NCBI GenBank assembly: GCA_013239625.1
Contig: MU054001.1
Coordinates: forward strand, 1,057,884 to 1,121,883
Direction: 5' to 3'
Origin: Lama guanicoe
Lineage: Eukaryota
Length of the DNA: 64,000 bases
Part shown: piece after piece, positions 24,271 through 36,629 of the stretch
Layout: each line of letters begins with the position of its first letter
Position numbering within the stretch: position 1 is the first letter of the stretch
Notes under the pieces: model-generated
The model's database searches: none
What the model was told of the DNA's origin: nothing
What the model saw: only the letters and a program-made list of their open reading frames with translations
Translations under genes and position numbers: made by a program

Positions 24271-24595
24271 TCCTTTTTAAAAATTTTTTAAATCATTGTA
24301 ATAATTGTAAAAAAATCGCTCTGTATAGTTATGACTTGTAAGCATGTCCGTGTACGAATACCTAAAAAGAAAACTAAACCAAAAAAAGAAAGAAAAAGAA
24401 ATAAAGCAAGTCCCCCTCAGTCCTCCCCCAGTTGCTTCTGAACCCCGCATTAGCTGAGTGTGAGATTTGTTTGTTCGGTTGATTTTGGGGGGGTGGAGTT
24501 TCAGTAAGAATAAGTGTGTCTGACTTTTTTGTATATAAAGGAAAATGTATATATGTGTGAACCAAATTGTACAAGAAAGTATCTATTTTTGGCTA

Positions 24596-24678
24596 AATAA
24601 ATGAGCTGTTGCCACTTTGACTATACCCCGCCTGTCCGCTCCCAGAGGGATCTGTTTGGTGTTTTTTGTTTTGTTTTG
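24596..24678 (+). terminator. Probable IRX3 polyadenylation signal and downstream GU/U-rich element
   Basis: AATAAA at 24596-24601, upstream TGTA motifs, and tctgtttggtgttttttgttttgttttg at 24651-24678. A second AATAAA lies at 24400-24405. Confidence 0.75.
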
Positions 24679-27600
24679 CCTTCCTCCACCATGTTGGAAG
24701 AGTCCCCCGAACCAGCGGTGGGAAAAAAGGCGAGGCGAGTCAGGGCCGTGTGATCAGAGCAGAGCACAGGTACAGGAGACACAGAGCAGAGCAGAGGTAA
24801 AGTGGCCAGGCTTGGGCTGCTGCTGGAGGAAAGGTGGTGGGAGAAGTATTCGGGGTGCCTGAAAGAAAGGGCGAAGGAGACAGGTGGAAAATGGGGCAAG
24901 ATTCCCTACAAGGAGCTGTGAAACTGGGCCCAACCCACCAGTCCCCTGGAGTAGCACAGTGTCTTGCGGCCTCCTCTGATGACACAGCAGAAAGACTCAG
25001 AGAAGGATCTGGACGCCCCCCACCCCCACCAGTTCTTAGGCACAACTGAGGCTTTCTCCCTCTTACATGAGGGGTTGTGCCAGCTCAGCTTCAGGCCTCC
25101 TTCCAACCACCTTGCACCCCCAGATTTCTCCTTATAGAGGTAGGGATGTGGGGTGGCAGTGAGTAGAGGTGGGTATGGAGAAGCAGGGAACCTAGAGGTG
25201 CACATCATTTCCTCTAGGTGACTATGCCCAGCCCAAATTACGAGTCGGGGGGACCCGGGTCCGGAAGGCATCAGTGCATCTTGGCACCCCAGTGGATTTT
25301 CCCCAAGTGCCCTTGGAAGGGCAGCTTTCTGAGGTCCTGGTGCGGGGAAGAGGCAAGTAGAGGGTGTTAGGGTTGCTGCAGGGTCCAGCCGGGATTTCGG
25401 ATCCAGGCAGGCCAGGGGCAGGCGGGCCTGGGGAGGGAGCCGGGAAATTTGGGGCTGGAGCTCCCTCTACAGGACAAAAGGGCCGCTCGGCGCCTGCCTC
25501 AGCGGCCTCTCCAGCCAGGCCAGGCTTTGCGTCCCCTCTGCGCCCTCCTTTTACCTCTTGCTGTCAGCCAGTCTTGCCCAACTTTGACTTAAAGTTGGAA
25601 GGATGCTGGAAGAGTGACGCCTTAGGGTACGAAGTGAGGTTATCATTTTTTGCATCTCCCTCCCCATGTTAAGTTAGTAAATTTATAGGACGGCCAGGCT
25701 CCAGGTATTTGCCCTGCATAGTGGGGTCTGTGACAACCTCACAGGTCTCTGGGGAGGTTTGGGGAGAGCTTGCACAAATGAAGTCACGGAACAAGGCACC
25801 AAGTCATAGTGTACACCCTCAAGGTGAAGTTCAATGGGAGCGGAGGGAGTTGGGCAAGACCCATTCATTCAGGCACAGCCGCCAGCGCTGAGTCCCAGGG
25901 ACCCCCCCATGAGGGTGGGGTTGTCTGGGTGGGGTGGGGACCCAGGGCAGGTGGAAAGGAGGGTCTGTCAGCCAGCCTGTCAGTCCGTGGCCCTTGGGGC
26001 TCACTGAGGGCTGGTGGAACAGAGGCAGACACCCAGCAAAGACTTTGCCAACCTGGGGCTCACTCCTGTAGCCCCTTCGTGGGAGGCCAGCGCCATCTCA
26101 GGTTTCCTCAGGCTCCCTCCCCAGTGGCAGGAGCAGCCTGTGGTTCAGCCCTGGCCCTGGGCACAGTGCCTCAATGTGGAACCGGCTTCAACTGCCTGGG
26201 CCTTGAACCTCAGAGGCCCAGCCTCAGGACCTGGGCAGAGGCCTCTGGTTAACCGGAGTGTCTTTCCAGGGACAACAGCCTGATAGGCCTTCAGCTAGTG
26301 CCTCACAAACATCATCTAGCACAGACGGAGTTCCCCCATCTGCATCCTGTGACATTCTGGGCAGACAGTTAATTTCTCTGCACCCTATAACTCATCTGCA
26401 AAAAAGGGCATGACACCTCCATGGCAGAGGTGGTTGTGAGGATGAGAGACAAGACACACCCAGCGCTGGCATGTAGTTGGAGGAATAAATAGCCCTGGTC
26501 TCATTATCATAGTCCAGAATCTCAGACCCTACTCCTGAAACTCCTGGCAAGATTCTGCCCCACTCCCTCCCATTAGCCATAGAAGCCAGGTGTCTGCATT
26601 CAGGCCTCTCAAGACCCAGCTGGACCCAGGTAGAAAGGACCCTCGCCAGGCAGGAGTGCAGCAGGGAGAGACAGTTACAGCAGAAGTCAGGCAACCTTCC
26701 CACTCTGAACATCCACCAAGAGGGGAGAATCTGCATCCATCTGTTCATAGAAAGATGGGCATGTAGAGGCCAGGCCCAGCCTGGAAGGGTCTGCTCCTCT
26801 GCCCCTATATCTCCTGGGAAAACCCTGGGGTTTGGTCAGCATTTCAGCCCATCTGATTCTGGGGATAATGGTCCTTGGAGGAGGCCAATCGTGCCCCACT
26901 GGAAGGGCAGCGTGCGTGGTCCCAGAGGAGAGATGAGAGGCACCTGGCAGAGGCTCCCATGTGTTTGTGTCTTCTCTATCCCGTAGAACACATGGCCCCT
27001 TCCAGCGGCCCCAAGTTGACCCAGATAATGTGATCAAAAAAGAAAGGAACCCCATAAGCTTTTCAGTTAAAAAGGGGTAGAGGAGACCCCTTCTTTGCAA
27101 CATTTCCATTTCACCAGGGAACAGATGCTTCCTCTCAAGGCCTCCTCCCTGCATCCTTCCCATCGCCTTCTTTTCAGGGATTCTACAGTCTGCCTCTGCC
27201 CTTTATTGTCTGGCCCTAAAATTTAAAAAGGAAAATAGAAGCTAGGGAAGAGAGGGAGAGAAAAAAAAGGGAGGCAGAGAGAGGAGAGAGAATATGTGGG
27301 AATCTCATCCTTGGTCCTGATTAAGCTTCAATTAGAAATAAAATGTCAATCACTCTGCCTGGAAGGGGTTCCTGCTGTCGGGGCTGGTTATGCAAAGCAC
27401 TCCGAGGTGTGTAGGGATAATCAATTAGGTCAGAGGAAGGAGTAGATGTCACTGCTTCCCTCATTATCTGAATGGAGCTGGAGGTAGGGGTGCTTCACCA
27501 GGCCAGGGAGCTAGAGGAGAATGAAATTATCTCCCTAAGTGATGGCCCGCCTCTGGGACTGGCACATGCATGGGTTCCAGATGAATTTCTTTGGAGTGGA

Positions 27601-28388
27601 ATATACAGCGAGGAGGGAGCGGGGTCCAGTCTGGAGGCAGCATGCAAGGGCCAGGGGGCTAGTGCAGCAGAGGCTTTGAGGAGAGCGAGGGACTCACCTG
27701 GGCTGCATTCTCTGGGCCCCTGGTTGGCAGGCAGGGCCGAAGGGTCTACTCTCTTAGGCCTCCATTCTAGAAGGTTAGTGAATGCTTGGGTAGGAACTGG
27801 ATGTCAGATGTCTTCACCGGTTTGTAGGGAGTTTCGGGAACTCGCTTCGGGCCTAATTATTTGTCTCCTTCTGGAAATGTCCCCTGCGTCCTGTAATTCC
27901 TGGTTGTATGTACCCATCCCCTCCATCAAATGAAAATGGGCAATTGCGGGTGTGTAAAAGTTGCGTCTGTGGTTAGAGCCACTGCCCACTTGAGTAGGGG
28001 CAAGCCGCATCCTCTCTCAGGGTCCCACCTCCACCACGTGCAATTTGGAGGAGATTGGATTAGATGAAACTTTCTGACAAGTCCAACTCAACAGTTAGGC
28101 ATGAAGGAAAGAAGTGTGGGTCCAAAGATAATTATGGGGGGTGAAACGGCCCATCTTGATCCTGACTGGCCACTGTCATCTGATCCAGCCAGCCAACCTG
28201 ACCACATTAAAAATGTCCATCTATTGTGGGACCAACCTAGCTTTGAAGCAGCTGCTGCTTCCCCGTGAACAGAAGCTCCAGCCCCTCCGAAGGCCATCCT
28301 GATGGTCTGGATGGAAATCCCCACAAAGCATCTCTTCCTGAGGGTGGCGGGGATGAGCACTCAGGGCAAGAGACCTGGAAGAGGTCCT

Positions 28389-28600
28389 AAGAGCGGGTCT
28401 CAACCAGGCGATCCTCCGCTTTCGGGACCGATGGCAATGTCTAGAGACCCTTCCAGTTGTGACTGGGTAGGGGTGCCACAAGCAGCTCATGGGTGGAGAC
28501 CAGGGATGCTGCTAGAAGTCCTACAAGGCATAGGCCAGGGCCCTGCAACAAAGAATTATCCAGTCCAGAATGTCAGCAGGGCCGAGGTTGAGAAACTGTG
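28389..28600 (+). mobile_element. MER20 (hAT-Charlie)
   Basis: gtctcaacc...ggcaatgtctagagac...gggtggagaccagggatgctgcta...caacaaagaattatccagtccagaatgtc...gccgaggttgagaaac. Confidence 0.8.
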
Positions 28601-31600
28601 GAGCTGAGCGAGGGAAGAGGTATCTGGGGCAATCCCAGCAAGGCATTTTCTCCCAGAAACTACAGCCTTGTAGAGAGAAACATTAAAGCAGGGCGCTAAG
28701 TGGGATGTTTTTTGCTCTTTAAGAACTGTTGGCCCTGGAAGAGGGAAGTAGGGGTGAGGGAGCGCAAACAGGAAACTGCCAGCCTGGGGGAAAGAGCAAG
28801 CAGGTTTCAGCTCAGCCTGGTGCCCAGGGGAGCCCCTGGGGATGGGACCATCTCAGCCCAGAGGGACAGAGTCAGCCCCAGAGAGGATATGTGTCTGGAA
28901 AGTTGGGGCCTTTCTCCCTGGATATTTCTATCAGGAGCAGGTTACTGGAACGTTATAGACGAAAGCTCAACTCCTGTGGTTTTGCCTCATAATTATTGCC
29001 ACCTCCTAACTGCTGTCAGGCCTACTGTGCACAGAAGTGCATCTATTTATTTATCTTTTACCCGGGACTGTGCGCATGCGTGTGCCTGCACGCGCGCGCG
29101 TGTGTATGTGTGTGTCCCATGTCGGGGAGCAGGAGCGGGCCGATGGCAGGGTACGGTCTTACTCTGGGGCCGGCCTTCGAGGACGGGAAGGCGGTGGCTT
29201 CAAGGCTTTTGTCCTGCCTCCTCTCACCGGTCCAGGCCGCTAACAAGTGAGCCCGCAGCCCTTGGGGCCTTTGGAGCGCACTCATCTAAGGGACTGAGCC
29301 CTTCTCAGATGCTCAGATTTATTTTGCCAAAGTTACAGGGCAATTATGGAAATGCGCCCTTTGAAGCTGGGCTGGTTTCTCTTTATTTCCCTTTCCCTGA
29401 CAAAGCAGAGCTTCCCTGCCTCTTGTGGGCTTTATTTTTTTCGCCCCCTCCCTCTCTCTGTCCCTTTCCTTTTCCCCTCTCTTTTTTTTTTTCCCTGATA
29501 ATTATGAAATAGCGGGAGTTTCCAGGGGTAATTTGAAAAAATCTTTTAAACGGTGATAAAAAATATGTATAAATTAAAAGAAGATGACTAGTATTTAAAT
29601 ATTATGTTGGGGTTTTAAGTGGGATTTTGTAGGCCTGGAGGAAAGAAAGGAATGAATGATAGTCAGAGATAGACCTCTCATGCCCAGGTCACTGTAGGTC
29701 TCTGACACCCTTGCCAGCCAGAGGTCCAGAGTAGGGCAGTCAGACCGGCCACCTGGTTGGTTTCTAGACTGTTTCAGCCACCTGCACACCGCGCCCCCTC
29801 CACCCCGCCCCGCTATGGAATCTCAGCTCCACAAACTGAGCAGGACAAGTGCTCTGCCTCCCTCTTCTCACACCTCCATATGAATCAGAGGCCCAGACTC
29901 AACAGAGCTGTGTTTTCCAGGCTTTGTACACTATTCATCACTGTAGCACAGAATCTGGAGGCTCTGTGTGAACCAGCCCCACTGATTTCCCTCGTCCCGC
30001 CCCACTTTGCTTGACTTGACGCTGGGGTGTGGAGGGAAAGTGTCTGAAGCCAGGCGGTGTTCACCTCAGTGCTGGCCAGGCCTTCAAGGGGGAGAGCCGG
30101 CCTGCTTAGCATAAGGGGAGAGGGGGCTCAGTGTCTGCTTTTTAGGGTGGCTTTGAAGTTTTCTGTGTCCATAGTTTTGTTTGCTCCTTCCTCCCTCCCT
30201 TCCTGTCTTTGGGGTGAAAGGCTCATGATCTGTCCACAAACTCTGACAGGAAGTCTCGTCACCTTCAGGAGCCAAGGCCTGTCCGGAGTGGAGGCCCTTT
30301 CAACTCCCACTTCCTGTGCCGGGTTTAAAGAAAATAAAATCAATTAAATGGAGTTAAGTGCTTATGATTTGATAGGCCCCATGATAAGCTCTTCGCATGC
30401 ATTTGATTTGATGGCCACAGCCATCCTCGGTGAAGGCAGAGATGAAGAAATTAAGGCTTGGGGGAGGGGGAGCGGAGTTTAAAAAACTCTTCTGGTAACA
30501 TGAACAATCTCCATGGCATGCAAAATATCCTGGAGAACATTCCCTGCAGCAGGCTACCATCTGAATTGAAAGGAGAATATACATTTGTTGGTTCAAGAAG
30601 CTGGAAAGAGTTATAAGCCTTAAAGAAAGGACCTGAGCAGCTGGAAGTTAAGGACCTGAGGAATATTTCTCAGTCTATATCCTTTGTTCCTTAGGAACTA
30701 TGTGAATAATTAAGTTAGCTTAGCTGCACTGAACCCCAGTGCCTTACTCTGTAAATGCTCTTATCCAGCATTTATTGAGTATATACTATGTACTGAGCAC
30801 AAGTATTAACTCATTTAATCCTCCCAAAGAACCTAGGATGTAGACCAAGGATTTGAATGCATCAGTACTTCCTTTGCTTCATTTCAGCTTCTGCGTCACT
30901 GTTGCCCTTCTCTCAGACTCCTCCAGGTGGCAGGTACACAGGCATCATTAACTCTGTGGCCATGGCCTGAGAGCTAGTGATCCTAAGGGGAAGAAATGGT
31001 TTCTCTCGCTTGGTTTCAGTTGTAAAATCCCAAGGAAGCACCTTGATTGGCTCAGCTTGGGTCATGTGTTCATTGCTGGGCCAATCACAATGGCTGGAGG
31101 TGTGGCAGGAAGAGGAAGGAAAGAGAGGATGCTACTATTATAGAAATGGGAGGGGGAGGGACTGTGTGCAGGGCAGATACAGTCAATCCACATCGACTAC
31201 ACTGGAGGGGTAGGGAAGGGTATGAGGCAATTAAGAAGGAAGACCTGTGAAGAGGCTGCGGAGGCGGATGAGAAGGGAGAGTGATCAGCTCTTTCACCAA
31301 AGGCCAGTCTTGCAAGTCACTGAACAAAGGCCAAAACCCAAGGCAAACAAGCCCTCAGGCCTTCCAGGCCCAGCAGACTCCCTCGGTCACCATACTGAGA
31401 TGGGTATGGGTCATGCCATATCGTCTTAAGATTTCCCACCTGAGTATTTCTAGGGAAAATGGTGAGTGAACGTACAGCCTGAAGAATCTAAGGTCCAAAC
31501 CAAAGTGGCCCTCCTGCAAGAGTGCAAGTCCTTTCACGTCTCACTTTTTATCTTATTGAGGAGTCTGCCTCTTACACCATGACTTTCCCATTTGCCTTGT

Positions 31601-33579
31601 TATAAAGGTAGTTTTTCCTGAACAGATTTTCAGATAAAATGGATAATTCAGGGCCCCTATTTAACCTGTGGCCTTGATCTCTCCTGGGACACTGCTGGAC
31701 ACCATGGAGTTCTGGTGCCTTGATTTAAGGAGCTTGGGCACATGGGTTGACAGCAGTTGGACCCCAATGTCTTGAGATGGTGACAAAGGGCAGAAGGATG
31801 GGGTCAGACTCTTGGGGACCCACATTTTGCTTAAAGTCAGTAGAACTTTAGAGCCCGACATGTTCCTTCTCTTTAATTGTCCCCTCTCTCTTCCCTTTTT
31901 ACACTTGAACCTGAGCTGGGGGATGCATCTTTGGGCTGGAGATTATCTTGGTGCTGGGTATATCCCAGGGCCTAGTACTAGTGAGTGCTCAATAAATACC
32001 CATGGAATGCGTTGGTGCTTTGGAATTCAGCAATCAAACAGGCTTTTCTTAAAAATGTATTTAGATGGTGAGGAAAATCACTTGTAAATATTTTATAAGG
32101 TAAGAATTACTAAATATTATCATTCTAAATATAATTTTGTAAAAATATCCTAGTCATTATGAAACAACAACTTTAAATACAAGTATATATAAGATAGTAA
32201 GAGTTATTTTGAGAACAAAGGGTAACTCTTAATCTCTTGTGTAAAGGTTGGGACTTGTCATCATGTTTTCCTAGACGAAGTGAACATGAGAGTGTAGTTT
32301 GAAGGCAGAAGCCACTCTGTTTTCAGTTGTCCTGTGTCCTCTATCTGCCGTAGCTGAGCACCCTAAGTATACCCAGTAAATATGCCCAGTCCCTCCCGAC
32401 CACTCATGTATTACGGTGCAGTCGGGACCATTTATGAGGTCAGGCAGTGGGGTTGGGGCCCTGGCACCCTGTCATGTGGTCTCACTGATTTTCCTAAGGC
32501 ATTCATTTATTGTCCACCTTGAACAGTCAGGCCAGGAGGTCTCCACAGCATGGTCTGTCCTCCCGGCAAGGCCCCTGACCTTTTGTGTCCTGGAACACAG
32601 CAGAAGAGCAGTCTGGCTTAGCCCAGCTGGACATAGCACCTGGGAAAAGGCCATAGACTCGACTGCTTGCTTCTCCGGCACGCAGAATGGCCACTGCCAA
32701 AAATATAATTACCCAGAAATGTGGAATGCAGACGCCGCAGGAGAGAGGGGCTGAGCAGAGAGGGCCGGGGAGGGAGGCGACAGAAGGGCTGGCCGAGGCA
32801 GAGCACTTCTGATGACTGGACAGAGTCCCTCTCTGTGGCTTGGTGAGCTGCACCATCACAGGGGCCTAGGAGGCACCAGGCACTAGGCTGATCCGCAAAC
32901 TAGAGGCTTCTAAGGAAGTTGTCTCGACCATTCAACCTCTCCAAGAACGGAGAGGCTCCTTCCATCCCATTAAATGATGGACAATCAAACTCGCTTTGCA
33001 ACAGGAGAATCAGGCCATCTGCCCTGGAGGGAGGCAGAGGAGGAACCCACCCATATCATCTCCCTGGTCCTTAGATGGCACATTTGTGATGGGAGCGTAA
33101 GATGGGCTACAAGTTTGCCTGTGGAGAAACCACAGCAGAACGTCTCTTCTTGCCGCCTCTGAGATCTCTGGCTCACAGGCTTTCACACAACTGCTGAGCT
33201 CATTCTGGGTCTGGGTATACTCTGGTCTAGTCCTCACTAGGGTGCTAATTACAGAAAAGCTGGCATTTCTCTTTGCTCTAGCAACACCCCCTCAAGGTAC
33301 AATATACAGTTGGTTATTAGTGGCAAGCTATGGGTCATCTCTGAATTGATATTAGTAACTCCAACACTGAGAATGCGTCACAACACACACCAACACGTAG
33401 GTGTGACATTCGAAATATTTAACAACTGGGGCCTCACCACCCTCAGAACTGGCAGGGATCTGAGGTCTCCTGTGTGCCAGACACTGACAAGTCAGTCTGT
33501 GAGTCACAGAGGTCCGGGGAAGGGCCAGAGCAAAAGAGGGGACACTATTAACCAACTGTCATTGAACTCTATCTATACT

Positions 33580-35012
33580 TTAAAAATGGAGACAACTGGA
33601 TAACCACGCACAGAAGGATCAAGTTGGACCCTTCCTCATTCCATACACAAAAATTAACTTGAAATGTATCAAAGACTTAACTGTAAGTCTGAAACTATAA
33701 AGCTCTTAGAAGAAAATACAGGCAAAGATACTTGTGACATTAAGTAAGGTAAAGGCTTCTTAGACATGGCACCAAAAATAAAAATAGTAAAAGGAAAATT
33801 AGATAAATTGTACTTCAACAAAATGTAAAATTATGTGTTACAAAGGATAACATCAAGCAGGTGAAAAGATAACCAATAGAATGGAGGAGATATTTGCAAA
33901 TTATATATCTGATAAGAGAACTGTATCTCGAATATGTATTTAAAAACTATTTCAACTCAATAATAATAGACAAATAACCCAATTTAAAAGTGGGCCAAGG
34001 ATCTGAATACACATTTCTTCAAAGATGATGTACGAATGACCAATAAGCACATGAAAAGATGCTCGATGTGATTAGTCATCAGAAAAATGCAAATCAAAAC
34101 CACAATGAGGTATCACTTCACATTCAGTAGAATAGCTCTAATAAAAATGATGGGCCCTAAGAGGTGTTGGTGAGGATGTGGAGAAATAGTAACCTTAACA
34201 CACTGTTGGTAGGAGTGTAAAATAGGGCAATCCTTTCAAAAAACAGTTTGACGGTTATTCAAAAATTAAACATAGTTTCTATATGACCCAACCATCCCAT
34301 TTCTAGATACACACCCAAGAGGAATGAAAACAGACACACACAAAAGCTTGTATTTGAATGTTCACAGCAGTGTCATTAATAACAGCCAAAGAGTGGAAAC
34401 AATTCAAATGTTCATCAACTGATGAATGGCTGAACAAAATGTGGTATATCCAAACAATGGAATACTATTTGGCCTTAAAATGGAATGAAGTACTGATACA
34501 TACTACGCATGGATGAACCTTAAAAACATGCCAAGTGAAGGGGAGGGTATACCTCAGTAACAGAGTGCGTGCTTAGTCTGCATGAAGTCCTGGATTCCAT
34601 TTCCAGGGCCTCCATAAATACATACATACATACATACATACATACATACATGAATATACCTAATCACCCCCACAAAAAAGTTGGCAAAAAAACCCAAAAA
34701 CAAAACAAAAACAAATGCTAAGTGAAAGAGGCCTGCCATATAAGATCACATATTGTATAATTCCATTTATCTGAAATAAACAGAATAAGCAAATCTAGAG
34801 AGACAGAAAATTGCTTAATGACATCTTAGAGTTCTAAGGGCTGGTTTGATATGGGGAATAACTGCTAATGGGGACAGGCTTTCTTTCTGGAGTGATGAAA
34901 ATGTTCCAGAATTGATGGTGGTGGTGACTGCACCGCTCTGTGAGTATACTAAAGCCACCAACCAGCGGACCTTTACATGAGTGAATGGCAGTTCACGTGA
35001 ACTGTATCTCAA
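33580..35012 (+). mobile_element. L1 (L1MB-like) 3' part: decayed ORF2 end plus 3' UTR
   Basis: Typical L1 motifs (ccatacacaaaaattaac; aaatgcaaatcaaaaccacaatgag; ggtgaggatgtggagaaa; atggaatactatt); interrupted by the SINE. Confidence 0.88.
34540..34714 (+). mobile_element. tRNA-derived SINE (camelid Vic-type) nested in L1
   Basis: tRNA-like head GGGGAGGGTATACCTCAGTAACAGAGTGCGTGCTTAG...CCTGGATTCCATTTCCAG..CTCCA, internal (TACA)n and A-rich tail; TSD ATGC(C/T)AAGTGAA at 34528-34539 and 34715-34726. Confidence 0.8.
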
Positions 35013-36629
35013 TGGCTGTTGGTAACACCCCACCAGCCAACACACAAACATTCTATTTAAAGACACCCCCCAAAATGTTCAGACGTGCACACGCGTACAC
35101 ACACAAACACAACAATAACAACAACCAGAAGAAAACACAAAAGAAAAAGAAATTGAGGGAACTAGGTCAACACCAATAGCTGTGAACATTATCCCCCAAG
35201 ACTGGTAATGGAGAGTGAATTTTTGTTGCAGAGTTTTGGCATAAGAGGTCCTGCTGAAAATACTTACATATAACTTTACCTCCCAGAAGAAGGAGCTTTT
35301 GAACCCTCAAATAATGATGTTCTGGTGCTTTCTTATTTGGAAGGCTCCCTGGATTGTGCCCATATGCCTATTATTACAGTAACAGGACTCCAAATGGCCA
35401 TATATGAAGGAGCACCTGCATGGGGCTTACGGAAGCCTGGGGCTGTTTCCCCCTCAAAAAGCAGACGACTTTCCCTCCACCCGAGCAAACTGCCATTGCC
35501 TGATGGTCACTAAGGAGAGGCAGTGGGAGAAGATGCTTTCTGGAAAATTACAGCGCAGTTCTGTGTCCAGGAAAGATGGAAGCTTGAGAGACACACACCC
35601 AGGTCCGGGCAGGGGGCTCTGGGTTATACACTGTGTAGGAAAGACTTGGGGAAGTTCTCCCCAGGCAGATCAAACCCATGTCTTTATCCAGAGGGCCATC
35701 AAATCTATCAAATACACTGACTGGCAGAATGTAACTGCAGGGAAGATGAGTTTGGGTTCAGGAAAGCAATGCGGCCTTCCCAGTGGCTCATCTTCTGCAC
35801 AAAATCGCTACCGTCAAAACCTGCTACCGTCTAGCAGTGGTCAAGCACTGTGATAAACACCTGCATGTGTATCTCATTTAATCCTCAAAACCGTTCAGTA
35901 AGGTCAATGCTATCATTGTTCCCACTTTGCAAGTGGGGAACTGAGGTCAAGGGAAGAGTGAAGTTTTGAACCCAGTTGCCAAACTCTGAATCACTTCTGC
36001 TTCAAAAGCCAGGTACCCTTAACACATGTTTAATAGGGGAGGGATGGCAAAGGAGGGGAGAACGTCATCCCTTTCTTTCTTTGGCTATTGTGTTGAATTA
36101 CTACTGAAGCCCTTGAGAAGCAACATTTTGGAAGAAGCATACAAGAGAAAAATCCCCATCCAAGACACAGGGAGAGGACTAATGAGGGGAGGGATGTATT
36201 GCATTGGAAGATCTTCCTGCACATGTTTAGGGAAGACAGGAGGAGCAGTGGGGAGGTGAGGATGATGAGAGCATGGAAGAGACCCTCAGAGGTTGAACCA
36301 GGCTGTGTCCACACCAGGACCCAGACCGAAACCCTCTTATCCAGCGCTCCAGCAGCAACAAAAGATCCTGGAGACTTGGTCGCAGCCCCCACCCCGGATG
36401 GCACCCTCTCCTCTTCTCCTCCCTGTGCGTGCATCAGGGACCCTTCCTGCAGATGAATGATGAGGGGGCTATGAAACCCATCTGCCCAGCTGACCTTCAC
36501 CTGAGGGTCCTCCCTAGACCCACCCTCTTTCCTGTGGGATGGGAAAGAGGGCCCCGGCTGGGGCTGGAAGGACTGGGTTCAAGCCTCAGCCTCAACTCCC
36601 ATGAGCAAGCTGTCCACTTTGGTTTCTTT

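Noticed and set aside
28700..29512. 270-aa + strand ORF
   Set aside because: Non-ATG start, runs through simple repeats and pyrimidine tracts, and resembles no protein family
29744..29762. Possible CTCF site (CAACCAGGTGGCCG on the minus strand); weaker candidates near 14937 and 21060
   Set aside because: Two or more mismatches to the core consensus; cannot be supported without a PWM scan or ChIP data
30627..30660. Direct repeat AAGGACCTGAG x2
   Set aside because: Short local duplication with only two units; not an array and no evidence of function
34540..34615. Possible tRNA gene
   Set aside because: Degenerate A/B boxes followed by a SINE body, tail and TSD; it is a SINE head
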